Below are positions 18,213 through 28,042 of a DNA stretch of 64,000 bases, one piece after another. Each line of letters begins with the position of its first letter. Position 1 is the stretch's first letter. The position numbers and the translations under genes were made by a program. Source of the DNA: Gemmatimonadales bacterium (GTDB lineage Bacteria > Gemmatimonadota > Gemmatimonadetes > Gemmatimonadales > GWC2-71-9); assembly GCA_035604455.1 (NCBI GenBank), contig DATNIM010000135.1:723-64722 (forward strand). The letters run 5' to 3'. The notes under the pieces are model-generated. The model saw nothing but the letters and a program-made list of their open reading frames with translations. It was not told where the DNA came from and ran no database searches.

Positions 18213-20252
18213 CTAGCCCACCGCCGCCAAGGCTGCGTACATCTCGTTCGCCGACTGGTAGCGGTCGACGGGGGCCTTTGCCATCGCCTTGAGAATGACC
18301 CGGGACAGACTCTCCGGCACGTCGGGGTTCGACTGCCGCGGGTCGGGCGGCTCCTCCTCCAGGTGCTTGGCGATCAGCGCCCAGGTCGTCTCGGCCTCGA
18401 AGGGCACCCGCCCCGTGACGCATTCAAACAGCACGACCCCCGCAGCGTACAAGTCGCTCCGCGCATCGAGCTCCATCCCGGACAGCTGCTCCGGCGCCAT
18501 GTAGTCGGGCGTCCCGATCGACGTACCCTCCTGCGTGAGGCCCTTCCCTTGAGGCGGATTCGCGAGTCGGGCGATGCCGAAATCCATGACCTTGAGAAAG
18601 CCGCTCGGCTCGACGACGATGTTCTGCGGCTTGATGTCGCGATGGATCACGCCCTGCTCGTGCGCCACTTCCAGGGCGCGGCATAGCTGCTTCCCGATCG
18701 TCAGGGTGACCGGAATGGGCAACCGGCCCCGGGAGCGGATCAGATCCTTGAGAGAGGCCCCCTCGACGTATTCCATCGTGAGGTAGTACAGCCCATCTGT
18801 TTCCCCCAGGTCATAGGTGCGCACCACGTTGCGATGGGTGATCTTGCGGGCCAAACGGATCTCCTGGCGGAATCGCTCGAGCGCGGCGCTCTCGCCCGCC
18901 ATTGCCTCCGGTCGCAGGGTCTTGATCGCGACCGTCTCCTGCAGCTCGCGGTCGAAGGCGCGGTACACGACACCCATCCCGCCGATTCCGAGCACCGCCT
19001 GCACGTCATACCGATTCGCGAAGAGCGCACCAGGCCGCAGCACCTCCCCGCCCTGCGTAGTTGATCGCCGCGGTTCGCGCGCACCACGCTCGAGCAACTG
19101 CGTGGCCACCCCGCCCGTGGCGGCGGACATATACTCGACGAGCGCCGCCTTCTCCCGAAGATCTTCGACCAGGCGCTTGAATGCGCGCGACAGCGCGCCG
19201 ATCTCGTCCCGGGACGTCGTCACGATCTCAACGCTATAGTCACCGTCTTGGACGCGTCGCGTGGCGACGGCGAGGTCACGGACGGGACGCGTGATCTGTC
19301 GTGCGATGACGAACGCGAGGGCGAGCGCGAGCGCCACCCCGAGGGCGATCGCAAGCGTCATGGTGCGCTGCAGCGCTCGGAAGGCCGCGAGTTCCGCGTC
19401 GCGGGAGCGGAACGGGACGATGGCTCCATAGAGGTCACCACCAGCCGATCTGATCGGCGCGGCGAGGCCGATCAACCGCTCGCCCGAGACGTCGGCGGCG
19501 AGCTCCACCCCGCTTGAGTCGCGCGCCAAGCCAGCAATCGCGGCGCTGTCGGCGCGGAGGGTCGGTCCCATCTGGTCGGCGGGCAGCGTCGTTCCCACGA
19601 CGTACGGGTGGCCCGCAGCGTCAAGGGCGACGAGGACCACGTCCGAATTCGTGGCGACCTTCACGGCTTGGGCGAGCGAGTCGTCGAGCGCATAGGCGGC
19701 CACGAGCACGCCCTCCGGGGAGCCGCCCGCCGACGCGGCAAGGGGCGTCGCGACCGCCATGAAGAGCTTGTGCGCCGCGTCGTCGACCCAGGCACCCGCG
19801 GTCTGGGTCCCGGACAGCGCGCCGCCGATGAGCGCGCCCCGCGATAGATCGAGGTCGTATTGCTCGGGGTAGTCGGTGCGCGCGCGCAGGATGCCGTCGT
19901 TGTCCGTGACCAGGATCCACGCGGCGCCGATCAGGCTCCGGTACTCCGTGGCCTGATCGAGCACGTCCGCCCGGTCGCGGCTCGTGAGCAGGCGCTCCCG
20001 AAACTGCGGCACCGCGCCCGACACACGGCTGAGGCTCGCGAGGGTGCGGGTCCGTGCCGCCAGAAAGTCCGTGGCGGCGCGGCGGGTATTGGCCAGCGCT
20101 CGGTGAACCGCCTCATCGGCCGACCGATTGGCCCGCACCGAGGTGAGCCCGAAGGTGAGGCCGAGCACGGCTACGACGAGCAGAGTCGACGCCGCGAACA
20201 CCCGAGTTGTGAGCCCGAAGCGGATGCCGCTAGTATCGCTCGAAGTCTTCAT
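18213..20252 (-). CDS. Receptor Ser/Thr protein kinase: TM, ~280-aa periplasmic sensor (Cache-like), TM, HAMP, C-terminal kinase
   Basis: Internal ATG at 20252 (MKTSSDTSGIRFGLTTRVFAASTLLVVAVL). HAMP segment ITRPVRDLAVATRRVQDGDY...EIGALSRAF. Kinase motifs GMGVVYRA, HRDIKPQN, DFG and APE. Confidence 0.88.
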   Translation of the reverse strand: MKTSSDTSGIRFGLTTRVFAASTLLVVAVLGLTFGLTSVRANRSADEAVHRALANTRRAATDFLAARTRTLASLSRVSGAVPQFRERLLTSRDRADVLDQATEYRSLIGAAWILVTDNDGILRARTDYPEQYDLDLSRGALIGGALSGTQTAGAWVDDAAHKLFMAVATPLAASAGGSPEGVLVAAYALDDSLAQAVKVATNSDVVLVALDAAGHPYVVGTTLPADQMGPTLRADSAAIAGLARDSSGVELAADVSGERLIGLAAPIRSAGGDLYGAIVPFRSRDAELAAFRALQRTMTLAIALGVALALALAFVIARQITRPVRDLAVATRRVQDGDYSVEIVTTSRDEIGALSRAFKRLVEDLREKAALVEYMSAATGGVATQLLERGAREPRRSTTQGGEVLRPGALFANRYDVQAVLGIGGMGVVYRAFDRELQETVAIKTLRPEAMAGESAALERFRQEIRLARKITHRNVVRTYDLGETDGLYYLTMEYVEGASLKDLIRSRGRLPIPVTLTIGKQLCRALEVAHEQGVIHRDIKPQNIVVEPSGFLKVMDFGIARLANPPQGKGLTQEGTSIGTPDYMAPEQLSGMELDARSDLYAAGVVLFECVTGRVPFEAETTWALIAKHLEEEPPDPRQSNPDVPESLSRVILKAMAKAPVDRYQSANEMYAALAAVG

Positions 20253-20919
20253 CCGTCGGGTAGTCCTGCCCGTGCTTGTTCTTGTGGGGGACCCAGTGGA
20301 AACCCCGGGCGTCGAGCTGGAGGACAAGCCCCGACACGCCTGCCGGCCCGACAGTGAGATCCTGGGCGAGTTCGGGGCTCCGCTCGTGCCAGACCACCAG
20401 CGTGTAGTGCCCCGGCGGCACGCTGTCGAGCGCAAAGCTGCCGTCCGCCGCAGGCTGGGTGTAGTGGGGCGTCGCCATCACCTGGACAAACGCCACCATC
20501 CGGGGATGCACGTTGCAGAACACACGCGCGAGCCCGGGCGCCGTGAACGTGTGGGGGCGCGCCTTCCCCCGACCATATTTCCCGAGATCGAAGGTGTTCG
20601 GCTCGCTCGCCGAGAACACGTTGTGGCTGACGGGATCGGCGTTCGCGAACTCGACCGTGGACCCAACCGGGATGACCACCACCCGCGGCACGAATTCCTT
20701 CTCGCTGGTCGTGATCGTGTAGGTGTCGGGATGGAGGGGGGCCGGTTCGCCGCCCTCCAGATAAATGACCGCCGACCCGAGATCGTTCGAGGGAGCGCCG
20801 TCCTTCTCGAACATCGTGACGTGACCGGCGACGCGCACTCCGGTCGGCGGCTTGGGCCCGGCCGACCGGACCGTCGTGACGCCGACGGCGACGAGCAGCG
20901 TCATGCGCATCGCGTTCAC
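20230..20919 (-). CDS. Periplasmic cupredoxin (amicyanin-like type-1 Cu site) plus carboxypeptidase-regulatory-like domain protein
   Basis: Signal peptide. SHNVF ... FCNVHPRM (His, Cys-x2-His-x2-Met) resembles amicyanin MPHNVHF ... HCTPHPFM. C-terminal ADGSFALDSVPPGHYTLVVWHE. The stop lies 23 nt inside the kinase gene. Confidence 0.8.
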   Translation of the reverse strand: MNAMRMTLLVAVGVTTVRSAGPKPPTGVRVAGHVTMFEKDGAPSNDLGSAVIYLEGGEPAPLHPDTYTITTSEKEFVPRVVVIPVGSTVEFANADPVSHNVFSASEPNTFDLGKYGRGKARPHTFTAPGLARVFCNVHPRMVAFVQVMATPHYTQPAADGSFALDSVPPGHYTLVVWHERSPELAQDLTVGPAGVSGLVLQLDARGFHWVPHKNKHGQDYPTDEDFERY

Positions 20920-21114
20920 GGGCGCTCAGCTTACTCTAAACAAATCGAAATCGCCAGGAGCGCCGTGGCGCACTGCGGTCCTCCTCGTCCTCGCCCGGCT
21001 ACTCGCCACTCCCCGTCCTCCGCGCCGCGCGGCGAGCGGGGCAGCCAACCCGCCGGGCCCGCCCAGCTCGACCCTCCATGCCCGCAACCCGCGTCGTGGG
21101 CCTAGTCCGGGGCG

Positions 21115-21270
21115 CTAGTCCTCGCCCGACGCGGGTCGCGGATGCTTCGGGCTCCGCCGGTACGCGCGCTTCGAGCGATGCACCTGGTGGCGCGGCGTCT
21201 TCAGACGACCGCGCACGGGCGCGTCCGGATTGGGAACCCGCACCGTCCGCGTTTCCTTCTTCTTGCTCAC
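21115..21270 (-). CDS. Possible small, very basic protein (51 aa)
   Basis: A GTG at 21270 is preceded by GGGGGAATGG (SD-like). Sequence VSKKKETRTVRVPNPDAPVRGRLKTPRHQVHRSKRAYRRSPKHPRPASGED. I recognise no family for it. Confidence 0.3.
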   Translation of the reverse strand: MSKKKETRTVRVPNPDAPVRGRLKTPRHQVHRSKRAYRRSPKHPRPASGED

Positions 21271-21356
21271 CCATTCCCCCGCGGCAACTTGGGCGTGTGG
21301 GCCGCGCGTGGCCCGGCCGGTGTAGCTTGCGTCGCGTTCCCGAACGGATTCTACGA

Positions 21357-22550
21357 ATGAACCTCGTGCGTCGCCACCCGATCGCGTTGGCACTCATCGC
21401 GCTCCTGCTGTGGAGCGCGGCGAGTCCGCTGCCCGCCCTGGTGGATGTCGCCACCGGCGCGCCCGCGGGCGCGGCGGACCTCACGCGGCCGGTGAGTTAC
21501 GTGGTCGGCGCGCCGCTCTCCGACGTCTTGGATGCCCTGACGTTCCTCAGCCTCGATCGCGCGAAGTTCCTGTTTGGCACGTGGGCAGTCGCACTCTGCC
21601 TGTGGGGCGCGCTCCGAGGCGGACCGTGGTGGCGGCGCGTGACGAGAGCCGTCGCCGCGCCGCTCGGGCTCGTCGTCCTCGCCGCCGCCGCCGTTCTCCT
21701 TCCCCGCCCCGTGCCCCGGCTCGTCTCGGCAGACCCCGGCCTCACCGTGATCGATTATCACAGTCATACGGAGGCCTCTCATGATGGCCGTCCTGGTTGG
21801 TCGGCGACCGACGTCGCGCGCTGGCACGCCGTGCAGGGCTTCGAGGCGGCGTACGTCACCGACCATAACCGGTTGTTCGAGCGCCGAACCGACACCGCCA
21901 TTCCGCTCCTCCCCGGCGCCGAATGGAGCGTGTACCGACAGCACGTGCTCGCGCTCGGCCAAGTGGTTCCCCTCGACCCCAGCCGCTACAACGCGAACAC
22001 CACGTCGCTGCTCACCCTGTTCCCCGAGCTCCACCGGGCTGGGGCGCTTTCCGTCGCGTCCATCCCCGAGTACTGGGAAAGCCACTGGGACGATCTCGAC
22101 GACTTCGTCCGCGCCGGTCTCGACGGGTTCGAAATCATCAACTGCGCGCCCCGCGCGCTCGCGTTCCCGGCGAGCGCCCGCGCGCGAGTGCTGGGCATCG
22201 CGCGGCAGCACAACCTCCTCGTCGTCGGCGGTAGCGACAATCACGGATGGGGCAAGGTCACCTGCGTCTGGAACCTCGTCGCCCCCAGCGCACACGGGTA
22301 CCGGGCGAACCACGTCCTGGCCCGACCGCTCGCCCTGCTGCAGGCGGAGTGGCTGGCGTGGACCGCCCCCGTCACGCAACCCTGGTTCATGTTCCGGTCG
22401 CTCGGGTGGCCGGAGCGTGTGAGCTGGCTCACATGGATCTTGGTCATCTTGATCTACCGCGCGACGCCGCGACGGGCCGGCGACCGCAGCCCGGCGATTC
22501 TCGCGCGCGCGCTCGGCGTCCGCCAGCAGCCACCGTCGGATGACCGTTGA
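21357..22550 (+). CDS. PHP-domain metallohydrolase with N- and C-terminal TM segments
   Basis: Internal ATG at 21357 (MNLVRRHPIALALIALLLW). PHP motifs DYHSHTEASHDG and YVTDHN, then GGSDNHGW. Confidence 0.8.
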   Translation: MNLVRRHPIALALIALLLWSAASPLPALVDVATGAPAGAADLTRPVSYVVGAPLSDVLDALTFLSLDRAKFLFGTWAVALCLWGALRGGPWWRRVTRAVAAPLGLVVLAAAAVLLPRPVPRLVSADPGLTVIDYHSHTEASHDGRPGWSATDVARWHAVQGFEAAYVTDHNRLFERRTDTAIPLLPGAEWSVYRQHVLALGQVVPLDPSRYNANTTSLLTLFPELHRAGALSVASIPEYWESHWDDLDDFVRAGLDGFEIINCAPRALAFPASARARVLGIARQHNLLVVGGSDNHGWGKVTCVWNLVAPSAHGYRANHVLARPLALLQAEWLAWTAPVTQPWFMFRSLGWPERVSWLTWILVILIYRATPRRAGDRSPAILARALGVRQQPPSDDR

Positions 22551-22559
22551 ACGGTGCAA

Positions 22560-22578
22560 TACTTTACAATACAAAGTA
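22560..22578. promoter_or_regulatory. Inverted repeat TACTTT-N7-AAAGTA (plus the AAGTACTT palindrome at 22574-22581) abutting the -35 box; candidate operator
   Basis: Seen directly. This is the most AT-rich spot in the neighbourhood, upstream of the membrane protein / wHTH regulator pair. Confidence 0.3.
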
Positions 22579-22579
22579 C

Positions 22580-22608
22580 TTGACTCCAATGCTCGGGGGC
22601 GCTACCGT
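22580..22608 (+). promoter_or_regulatory. Promoter-like TTGACT-17-TACCGT, 7 nt upstream of the ATG at 22616
   Basis: Seen directly in the AT-rich 65-bp gap after the PHP gene. Confidence 0.4.
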
Positions 22609-22615
22609 CCCGGGC

Positions 22616-23230
22616 ATGCTGCCGCCCCGCCCCTCGCGCGAGCGCCGACCCGACCCACCAGCGCTGCGCGACCGCGCGATCGACAACCTCCGCTTCATCC
22701 GCGAGACGATGGAGCGGGCCGGATCGTTTACCGCGGTGCCGGGGTTCGGCGGCGTGGCGGTCGGGGTGACGGCCCTCGCGGCGGCGGCCCTCGCCGCCGG
22801 CGCCACGAGCGTCGCGCTGTGGGTCGCGGTGTGGCTCGGTGAGGCCGTCGTCGCCCTCGCCATCGGCGGATGGGCGCTGGCCCGCAAGGCACACGCAGCC
22901 AACGATCCGATCCTTTCCGGACCGGCGCGTCGGTTTGGTCTGAGCTTCCTACCGCCGATGGTGGTGGGTGGCTTCCTCACCATCGCGCTCTACCGCGACG
23001 GTGTGCCCCAGGCGCTCCCCGGCACCTGGTTGATGCTCTACGGCGCGGGGGTCGCGACCGCCGGCGCGTTCTCCGTGCGCGTCGTGCCGGTAATGGGACT
23101 GTGCTTCATGCTCACCGGAGCGGTCGCGCTCTTCGGGCCCGAGGCGTGGGGCAACTGGTGCATGGCCGCGGGGTTCGGCGGGCTGCACATCCTCTTTGGC
23201 ACGATCATCGCGAGACATCACGGTGGCTAA
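22616..23230 (+). CDS. Integral membrane protein (partner of the downstream wHTH regulator)
   Basis: The first 14-23 codons of the listed ORF are AT-rich and atypical, so I prefer the ATG at 22616 (22589 is an alternative). It has five or six hydrophobic helices. Confidence 0.6.
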   Translation: MLPPRPSRERRPDPPALRDRAIDNLRFIRETMERAGSFTAVPGFGGVAVGVTALAAAALAAGATSVALWVAVWLGEAVVALAIGGWALARKAHAANDPILSGPARRFGLSFLPPMVVGGFLTIALYRDGVPQALPGTWLMLYGAGVATAGAFSVRVVPVMGLCFMLTGAVALFGPEAWGNWCMAAGFGGLHILFGTIIARHHGG

Positions 23231-23582
23231 GGCAACTCCAGCGCGCGCGGTACCCGCTCCCCACGCCGCCGCACGCCCGCGCGTGGAACCCGCGCAACTC
23301 GACCGGTTGATCCACGAGCGGATCAGACTCGGGATCGTGAGCGCCCTCGCCGTGAACTCGACGCTCACGTTCAACGAGCTGAAGCGCCTCCTCAAGACGA
23401 GCGACGGAAACCTGAGCGTGCACGCGCGGAAGCTCGAAGATGCGCTGTACGTGAAATGCACGAAATCGTTTGCCGGCCGGCTGCCGCAGACCGACTACCG
23501 GCTCACTGCCCTGGGCCGACGCACCTTCGAGGCGTACCTCGACCACATGGAAGCCTTGATCCATGCGAGCCGCGAGCGCTGA
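23223..23582 (+). CDS. Winged-helix transcriptional regulator (small MarR/ArsR-like wHTH family)
   Basis: [17 protein letters not shown]...[28 protein letters not shown]...[18 protein letters not shown]. The start is uncertain: GTG 23223 (8-nt overlap), TTG 23196 or GTG ~23283. Confidence 0.75.
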   Translation: MAKATPARAVPAPHAAARPRVEPAQLDRLIHERIRLGIVSALAVNSTLTFNELKRLLKTSDGNLSVHARKLEDALYVKCTKSFAGRLPQTDYRLTALGRRTFEAYLDHMEALIHASRER

Positions 23583-24234
23583 ACCGGGCGATCCCGCCTC
23601 GGGACCGACGACCAGCCTGCATGTCGCCATCGTGATGGACGGCAACGGGCGATGGGCGACGCGCCGGGGCCTGCCGCGGACGGCCGGTCACCGGGCCGGT
23701 GCACGCGCCGTGCGTCCCATCGTCGAGGCGGCGGCCGGGCTCGGCGTCCGGAGTCTGACGCTATTCGCGTTCTCGGCGGACAACTGGCGACGCCCACCGG
23801 CTGAGGTGTCGGCGTTGATGCGGCTCTTGGCCCGACACCTCCGGATGGAGACGCCCCGCCTCGTCGCCCAGGGCATCCGGCTCCGCGTCGTCGGCCGCCG
23901 CGATCGCCTGCCGGCCCCATTGGTCGCCGCCATCGCCGCCGCCGAGCGTGCCACGCAGGCGGGGACCACGCTCACCTTCCACCTGGCCGTGGACTACTCG
24001 TCCCGCGACGCAATCGCGTCCGGCGACCTGTTGCCGGACGTCGACCTGTTCGTGCGGACCGGTGGGGAGCAACGGCTCAGCGATTTCTTGCTGTGGGAGA
24101 GCGCATACGCCGAGCTCCATTTCACCGACCGCATGTGGCCCGACTTCGGCCCTGCGGACCTCGCGGCGGCGCTCGAGGAGTTCCACCGCCGGGAACGTCG
24201 GTTCGGAGGCGTGCCTCGGGCGGCAGCAGGCTGA
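23563..24234 (+). CDS. uppS: Isoprenyl transferase / undecaprenyl-diphosphate synthase
   Basis: Motifs [27 protein letters not shown] and [23 protein letters not shown]. Confidence 0.92.
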   Translation: MRAASAEPGDPASGPTTSLHVAIVMDGNGRWATRRGLPRTAGHRAGARAVRPIVEAAAGLGVRSLTLFAFSADNWRRPPAEVSALMRLLARHLRMETPRLVAQGIRLRVVGRRDRLPAPLVAAIAAAERATQAGTTLTFHLAVDYSSRDAIASGDLLPDVDLFVRTGGEQRLSDFLLWESAYAELHFTDRMWPDFGPADLAAALEEFHRRERRFGGVPRAAAG

Positions 24235-24298
24235 TCCGACCGCGGCACCCGTTCCAACCCGATTCGTCGAGCCGCGTGCGGCCGGCTAAGTTTCTCCC

Positions 24299-25087
24299 GT
24301 GGGCCTCTCGATCGCACACGTCGACGCCTTCACCGACACACCGTTCGCCGGCAACCCGGCCGCCGTGTGCATCCTCTCGCACGGACGCGCCGCGGACTGG
24401 ATGCAATCGGTCGCGCGGGAATTGAACCTCTCGGAAACCGCGTTCCTCGAGCCGCGCGACGACGGGTTCGCACTACGGTGGTTCACGCCCGCCGTCGAGG
24501 TGGACCTCTGTGGCCATGCGACGCTCGCGAGCGCCCACATCCTGTGGGAAGACAGCCGACTCGCGCGGGCACAGGAGGCGCGGTTCCACACGCGCAGCGG
24601 CCTCCTCGCGGCGCGGCGCGCCGGTGAGTGGATTGAGCTCGACATGCCTGCCCATCCGCCGGCACCCGCCGCGCCGCCGCCCGGGCTCTTCGATGCCTTG
24701 GGCGTCTCCGCCCGCCCCGTCCTACGCAGCCGGTTCGACTATCTGCTCGAGCTCGAGAGCGAGGAGGGCGTGCGTGCACTTACGCCGGACTACGTGGCGC
24801 TGTCCCGCGTCGACGCCCGCGGCGTCATCGTGACAAGTCGGGCAGCCGCGACGCCTTTCGACTTCGTGTCGCGCTTCTTTGCTCCCCGGGTCGGGGTCAA
24901 CGAGGATCCAGTCACCGGCTCGGCCCACTGCACGCTCGCGCCCTTCTGGACCGAGCGGCTGGGCCGAGCGGACCTGATTGCGTACCAGGCCTCGCCGCGG
25001 GGCGGCGTGGTTCGGACCCACGTGCGCGGCGACGGCGTGACGCTCGGCGGTCAAGCGGTGACGGTGCTCAGGTGCGAGTTGCTGTGA
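24299..25087 (+). CDS. PhzF-family isomerase
   Basis: GTG start. Motifs HVDAFTDTPFAGNPAAV, ETAF, CGHATLA and TGSAHC. Confidence 0.9.
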   Translation: MGLSIAHVDAFTDTPFAGNPAAVCILSHGRAADWMQSVARELNLSETAFLEPRDDGFALRWFTPAVEVDLCGHATLASAHILWEDSRLARAQEARFHTRSGLLAARRAGEWIELDMPAHPPAPAAPPPGLFDALGVSARPVLRSRFDYLLELESEEGVRALTPDYVALSRVDARGVIVTSRAAATPFDFVSRFFAPRVGVNEDPVTGSAHCTLAPFWTERLGRADLIAYQASPRGGVVRTHVRGDGVTLGGQAVTVLRCELL

Positions 25088-25102
25088 TCCAGTCACTGGT
25101 CG

Positions 25103-26056
25103 ATGGGGAGGACCCGCGTGGCTAACGATCGGCACGCATCGCGGAGCACCCACCTCGCCGGTTACTTGTTCGCGCTGGGGGCGGGCGCGCTCTGGGGAAC
25201 GACAGGCCCCTTGAGCACGGCCCTCTACGCGGCGGGCGCCGCGCTGACGGGCATCGGGTTCTGGCGTATCTCTATCGGCACAGTGCTGCTCGCCGCGTAC
25301 GGTCTCACGCGCCCCGGGTTCTTCCGGATCGACAGGCCTGGGCTCCTCATCGTGGGCTTGGGTGGCGGGGCATTGGTCGCCCTGTTCGAAGTGGCGTATC
25401 AGTTCGGCATCGCCGGGGCCGGCGTCGCCGGCGCAGCCGCGCTCCTGTACACGGCACCCGTGATCGTGGCGATTCTCGCCAAGCCCCTGCTCGGCGAAGC
25501 GCTGACCGCGGCAAGACTCGCACGCGCCGTCGTCGTCATGGCGGGCGCGGCGCTCACCGTCCAAGGTGGCAGTCACGGCGCGGGAGTCGGGGTGGCGACG
25601 CCGAGCCTCGTGATCGGCGTCGTGGGTGGCCTCCTGGCCGCGCTCTCCTACGCGGGCAGCACGTTGCTCGCGCGTTGGTCGGTGCCGCGCTACGGGTCCG
25701 CGCGGGTGCTCCTGCTTGAAATCGCGGGCGGTACGGTGCTCTTGGGGATCGTGCTCCCGCTGGCCGGGCACCCGCCACTGCCGCCCCCCACACTCGGTGG
25801 GTGGTTGTACATCGGCGTCCTCGTTCTCGCGACGGTGCTCGGCGCGAACTTCCTCTTCTTCGCCGGGGTCCGGCGGATCGATGCAGCACCTACGGCGCTC
25901 GCCGCGACCATCGAACCGGTGGTCGGCACACTCCTCGCGCTGTTCCTCTTCGACCAACGCCTGACGGCCGTCGGCTGGCTCGGTTTGGCGATGGTCGTGG
26001 GGGGCGTAGCCGCTGGCTACGTGAAGGAAGCGATCGACTCCCGCGCTCAGGCCTAG
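25103..26056 (+). CDS. EamA/DMT-family transporter
   Basis: About ten TM helices in a two-repeat arrangement. Gly/Ala/Leu-rich. Confidence 0.85.
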   Translation: MGRTRVANDRHASRSTHLAGYLFALGAGALWGTTGPLSTALYAAGAALTGIGFWRISIGTVLLAAYGLTRPGFFRIDRPGLLIVGLGGGALVALFEVAYQFGIAGAGVAGAAALLYTAPVIVAILAKPLLGEALTAARLARAVVVMAGAALTVQGGSHGAGVGVATPSLVIGVVGGLLAALSYAGSTLLARWSVPRYGSARVLLLEIAGGTVLLGIVLPLAGHPPLPPPTLGGWLYIGVLVLATVLGANFLFFAGVRRIDAAPTALAATIEPVVGTLLALFLFDQRLTAVGWLGLAMVVGGVAAGYVKEAIDSRAQA

Positions 26057-26092
26057 GGCCCGCGCAACCCGCACTACAGGCCCGAGGACCTC

Positions 26093-28030
26093 ATGTTCGC
26101 GTTGGCCGTCGCTGCGGTCCTACAGCAGCAGGCCCAGACTCCTTTACCGCGTCAGGCGGGCGACACCTCGACCTTTCGTGCCCTTGGTCTCCCCGCGCCG
26201 ACAGTCCTGCGCACGGGGGCCGGGACGCCTGGACCCGCCTATTGGCAGCAGCGGGCCGACTACCAGATCGAGGCCTCGCTCGACACGGCGAGTCAGACGA
26301 TCTCGGGCCGCGAGGTCATTCGGTACACCAACCACTCGCCAGACACGCTCCGCTACGTCTGGCTCCAGGTGGACCAGAACATCTACCGAGCCGACAGCCG
26401 GGGCGCGGTCCTCAATCCCCCCGGGGCGCGCTTTGCCGGCTCGGGGTTTGAGGGGGGATACACGATCGACGAGGTCTCGGCCCTTCGGGAGCGCGCCGGC
26501 CAGCCCCGAGCGGTGCGGCTCGCCACTATGCTGAACGGCACCGTGCTGCGCGCCGACCTCGATCAGCCGCTGGTCCCGGGTCTCGCGACGAGCCTGCGCG
26601 TGGTCTACCACTTCGTCGTTCCCGAACATGGCTCGGATCGCATGGGACGCGAGCCCGTTGCGGGCGGCTGGCTCTACGAAATCGCACAGTGGTACCCCCG
26701 CTTGGCCGTCTACGACGACGTGCGCGGGTGGAACACTGAGCAGTACCTCGGGCAGGGCGAGTTCTATCTCGAGTATGGCGATTTCGACGTGCGACTCACG
26801 GTCCCCAGAAGCTTCGTGGTCCTCGCGACGGGGACGCTCGTGAACCCGCTCCAGGTCCTGACGACGACCGAGCGCGCCCGGCTCGCGGTCGCGGTCCAAT
26901 CGGACTCCACGGTGCCGATCGTCGCCCGGGCCGAGGCGGGCCAGCCGTCCACCCGCCCCAGCGGGCTGACGCCCCTGCTCACGTGGCACTTCCGCGCGAA
27001 GAATGTCCGCGACGTAGCGTGGGCCGCAGCCCCAACCTTCATCTGGGACGCGAGCGGCTGGCATGGCGTCCTCATCCAATCGGTCTACCCCCTCGACGCG
27101 AGCGCGGATTGGGGGAACGCCACAGCCTACGCGCGACACTCGATCCAGCACTATTCAGACAAGTGGCTGCCCTACCCCTATCCAACGGCGATCGCCGTGG
27201 CGGGACCGGTCGGCGGCATGGAATACCCGATGATCGTGTTCTGCGGCGACCGGTTCTCGGGGTTCGACCTGTATGCCGTCGAAACGCACGAGCTCGGACA
27301 CCAATGGTTCCCGATGGTCGTCGGGTCGAACGAACGCCTGTACGCGTGGATGGACGAGGGGTTCAACACGTTCATCAACATCTACTCGGTGCGCTCCTTT
27401 TTTCCCGACTCGCTCTGGGACCGCCGCCGCGGCGACCCGCAGGCGTGGGCCCGGGTCGCGGCCTCGGGCCGCGACGTGCCGAGCATGCTCCCGGCGGACC
27501 GGGTCCCGGCCCGCCTGCTCGGCCAGGCCGAGTACACCAAGCCCGCGACCGGGCTCTACTTGCTACGCCACTACATCCTCGCTGACACGACCCGCTTCGA
27601 CGCCGCCTTCCGCGAGTACATCCGACGGTGGGCCTACAGGCACCCGACGCCGGCCGATTTCTTCCGTACCATGAACGATGCGCTGGGAGAGGACCTGAGC
27701 TGGTTTTGGCGCGGCTGGTTTTATACGACCGACGTGATCGATCAGGCGATCGACTCGGTGACGACCGTCCGCGACTCGGCCGGAGGGGCGAGTGCCGCGG
27801 TGTTCCTCTCGAACCTGGGCAGCCTGCCGATGCCGGTCGACCTACAGCTCACGCTCGCCACCGGCGCGGTCCAACGCACGCGTCTGCCGGTCGAGATCTG
27901 GTTCCAGGGGGACCACTACGTGTTCGTGACGCCGGTGGCGGCCGAGGTGACGAGGGCGGAACTCGATCCCGACCAAGCGCTCCCGGACGTGCGTCGCGAG
28001 AACAACCTGTGGATCAAACGCTCGGACTAG
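26093..28030 (+). CDS. M1-family zinc metallopeptidase (aminopeptidase N-like), secreted
   Basis: HELGHQWF ... WMDEGF (HExxH-x18-E). N-terminal signal. GAGGA SD. Confidence 0.9.
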   Translation: MFALAVAAVLQQQAQTPLPRQAGDTSTFRALGLPAPTVLRTGAGTPGPAYWQQRADYQIEASLDTASQTISGREVIRYTNHSPDTLRYVWLQVDQNIYRADSRGAVLNPPGARFAGSGFEGGYTIDEVSALRERAGQPRAVRLATMLNGTVLRADLDQPLVPGLATSLRVVYHFVVPEHGSDRMGREPVAGGWLYEIAQWYPRLAVYDDVRGWNTEQYLGQGEFYLEYGDFDVRLTVPRSFVVLATGTLVNPLQVLTTTERARLAVAVQSDSTVPIVARAEAGQPSTRPSGLTPLLTWHFRAKNVRDVAWAAAPTFIWDASGWHGVLIQSVYPLDASADWGNATAYARHSIQHYSDKWLPYPYPTAIAVAGPVGGMEYPMIVFCGDRFSGFDLYAVETHELGHQWFPMVVGSNERLYAWMDEGFNTFINIYSVRSFFPDSLWDRRRGDPQAWARVAASGRDVPSMLPADRVPARLLGQAEYTKPATGLYLLRHYILADTTRFDAAFREYIRRWAYRHPTPADFFRTMNDALGEDLSWFWRGWFYTTDVIDQAIDSVTTVRDSAGGASAAVFLSNLGSLPMPVDLQLTLATGAVQRTRLPVEIWFQGDHYVFVTPVAAEVTRAELDPDQALPDVRRENNLWIKRSD

Positions 28031-28042
28031 GCAGGAGCGACG

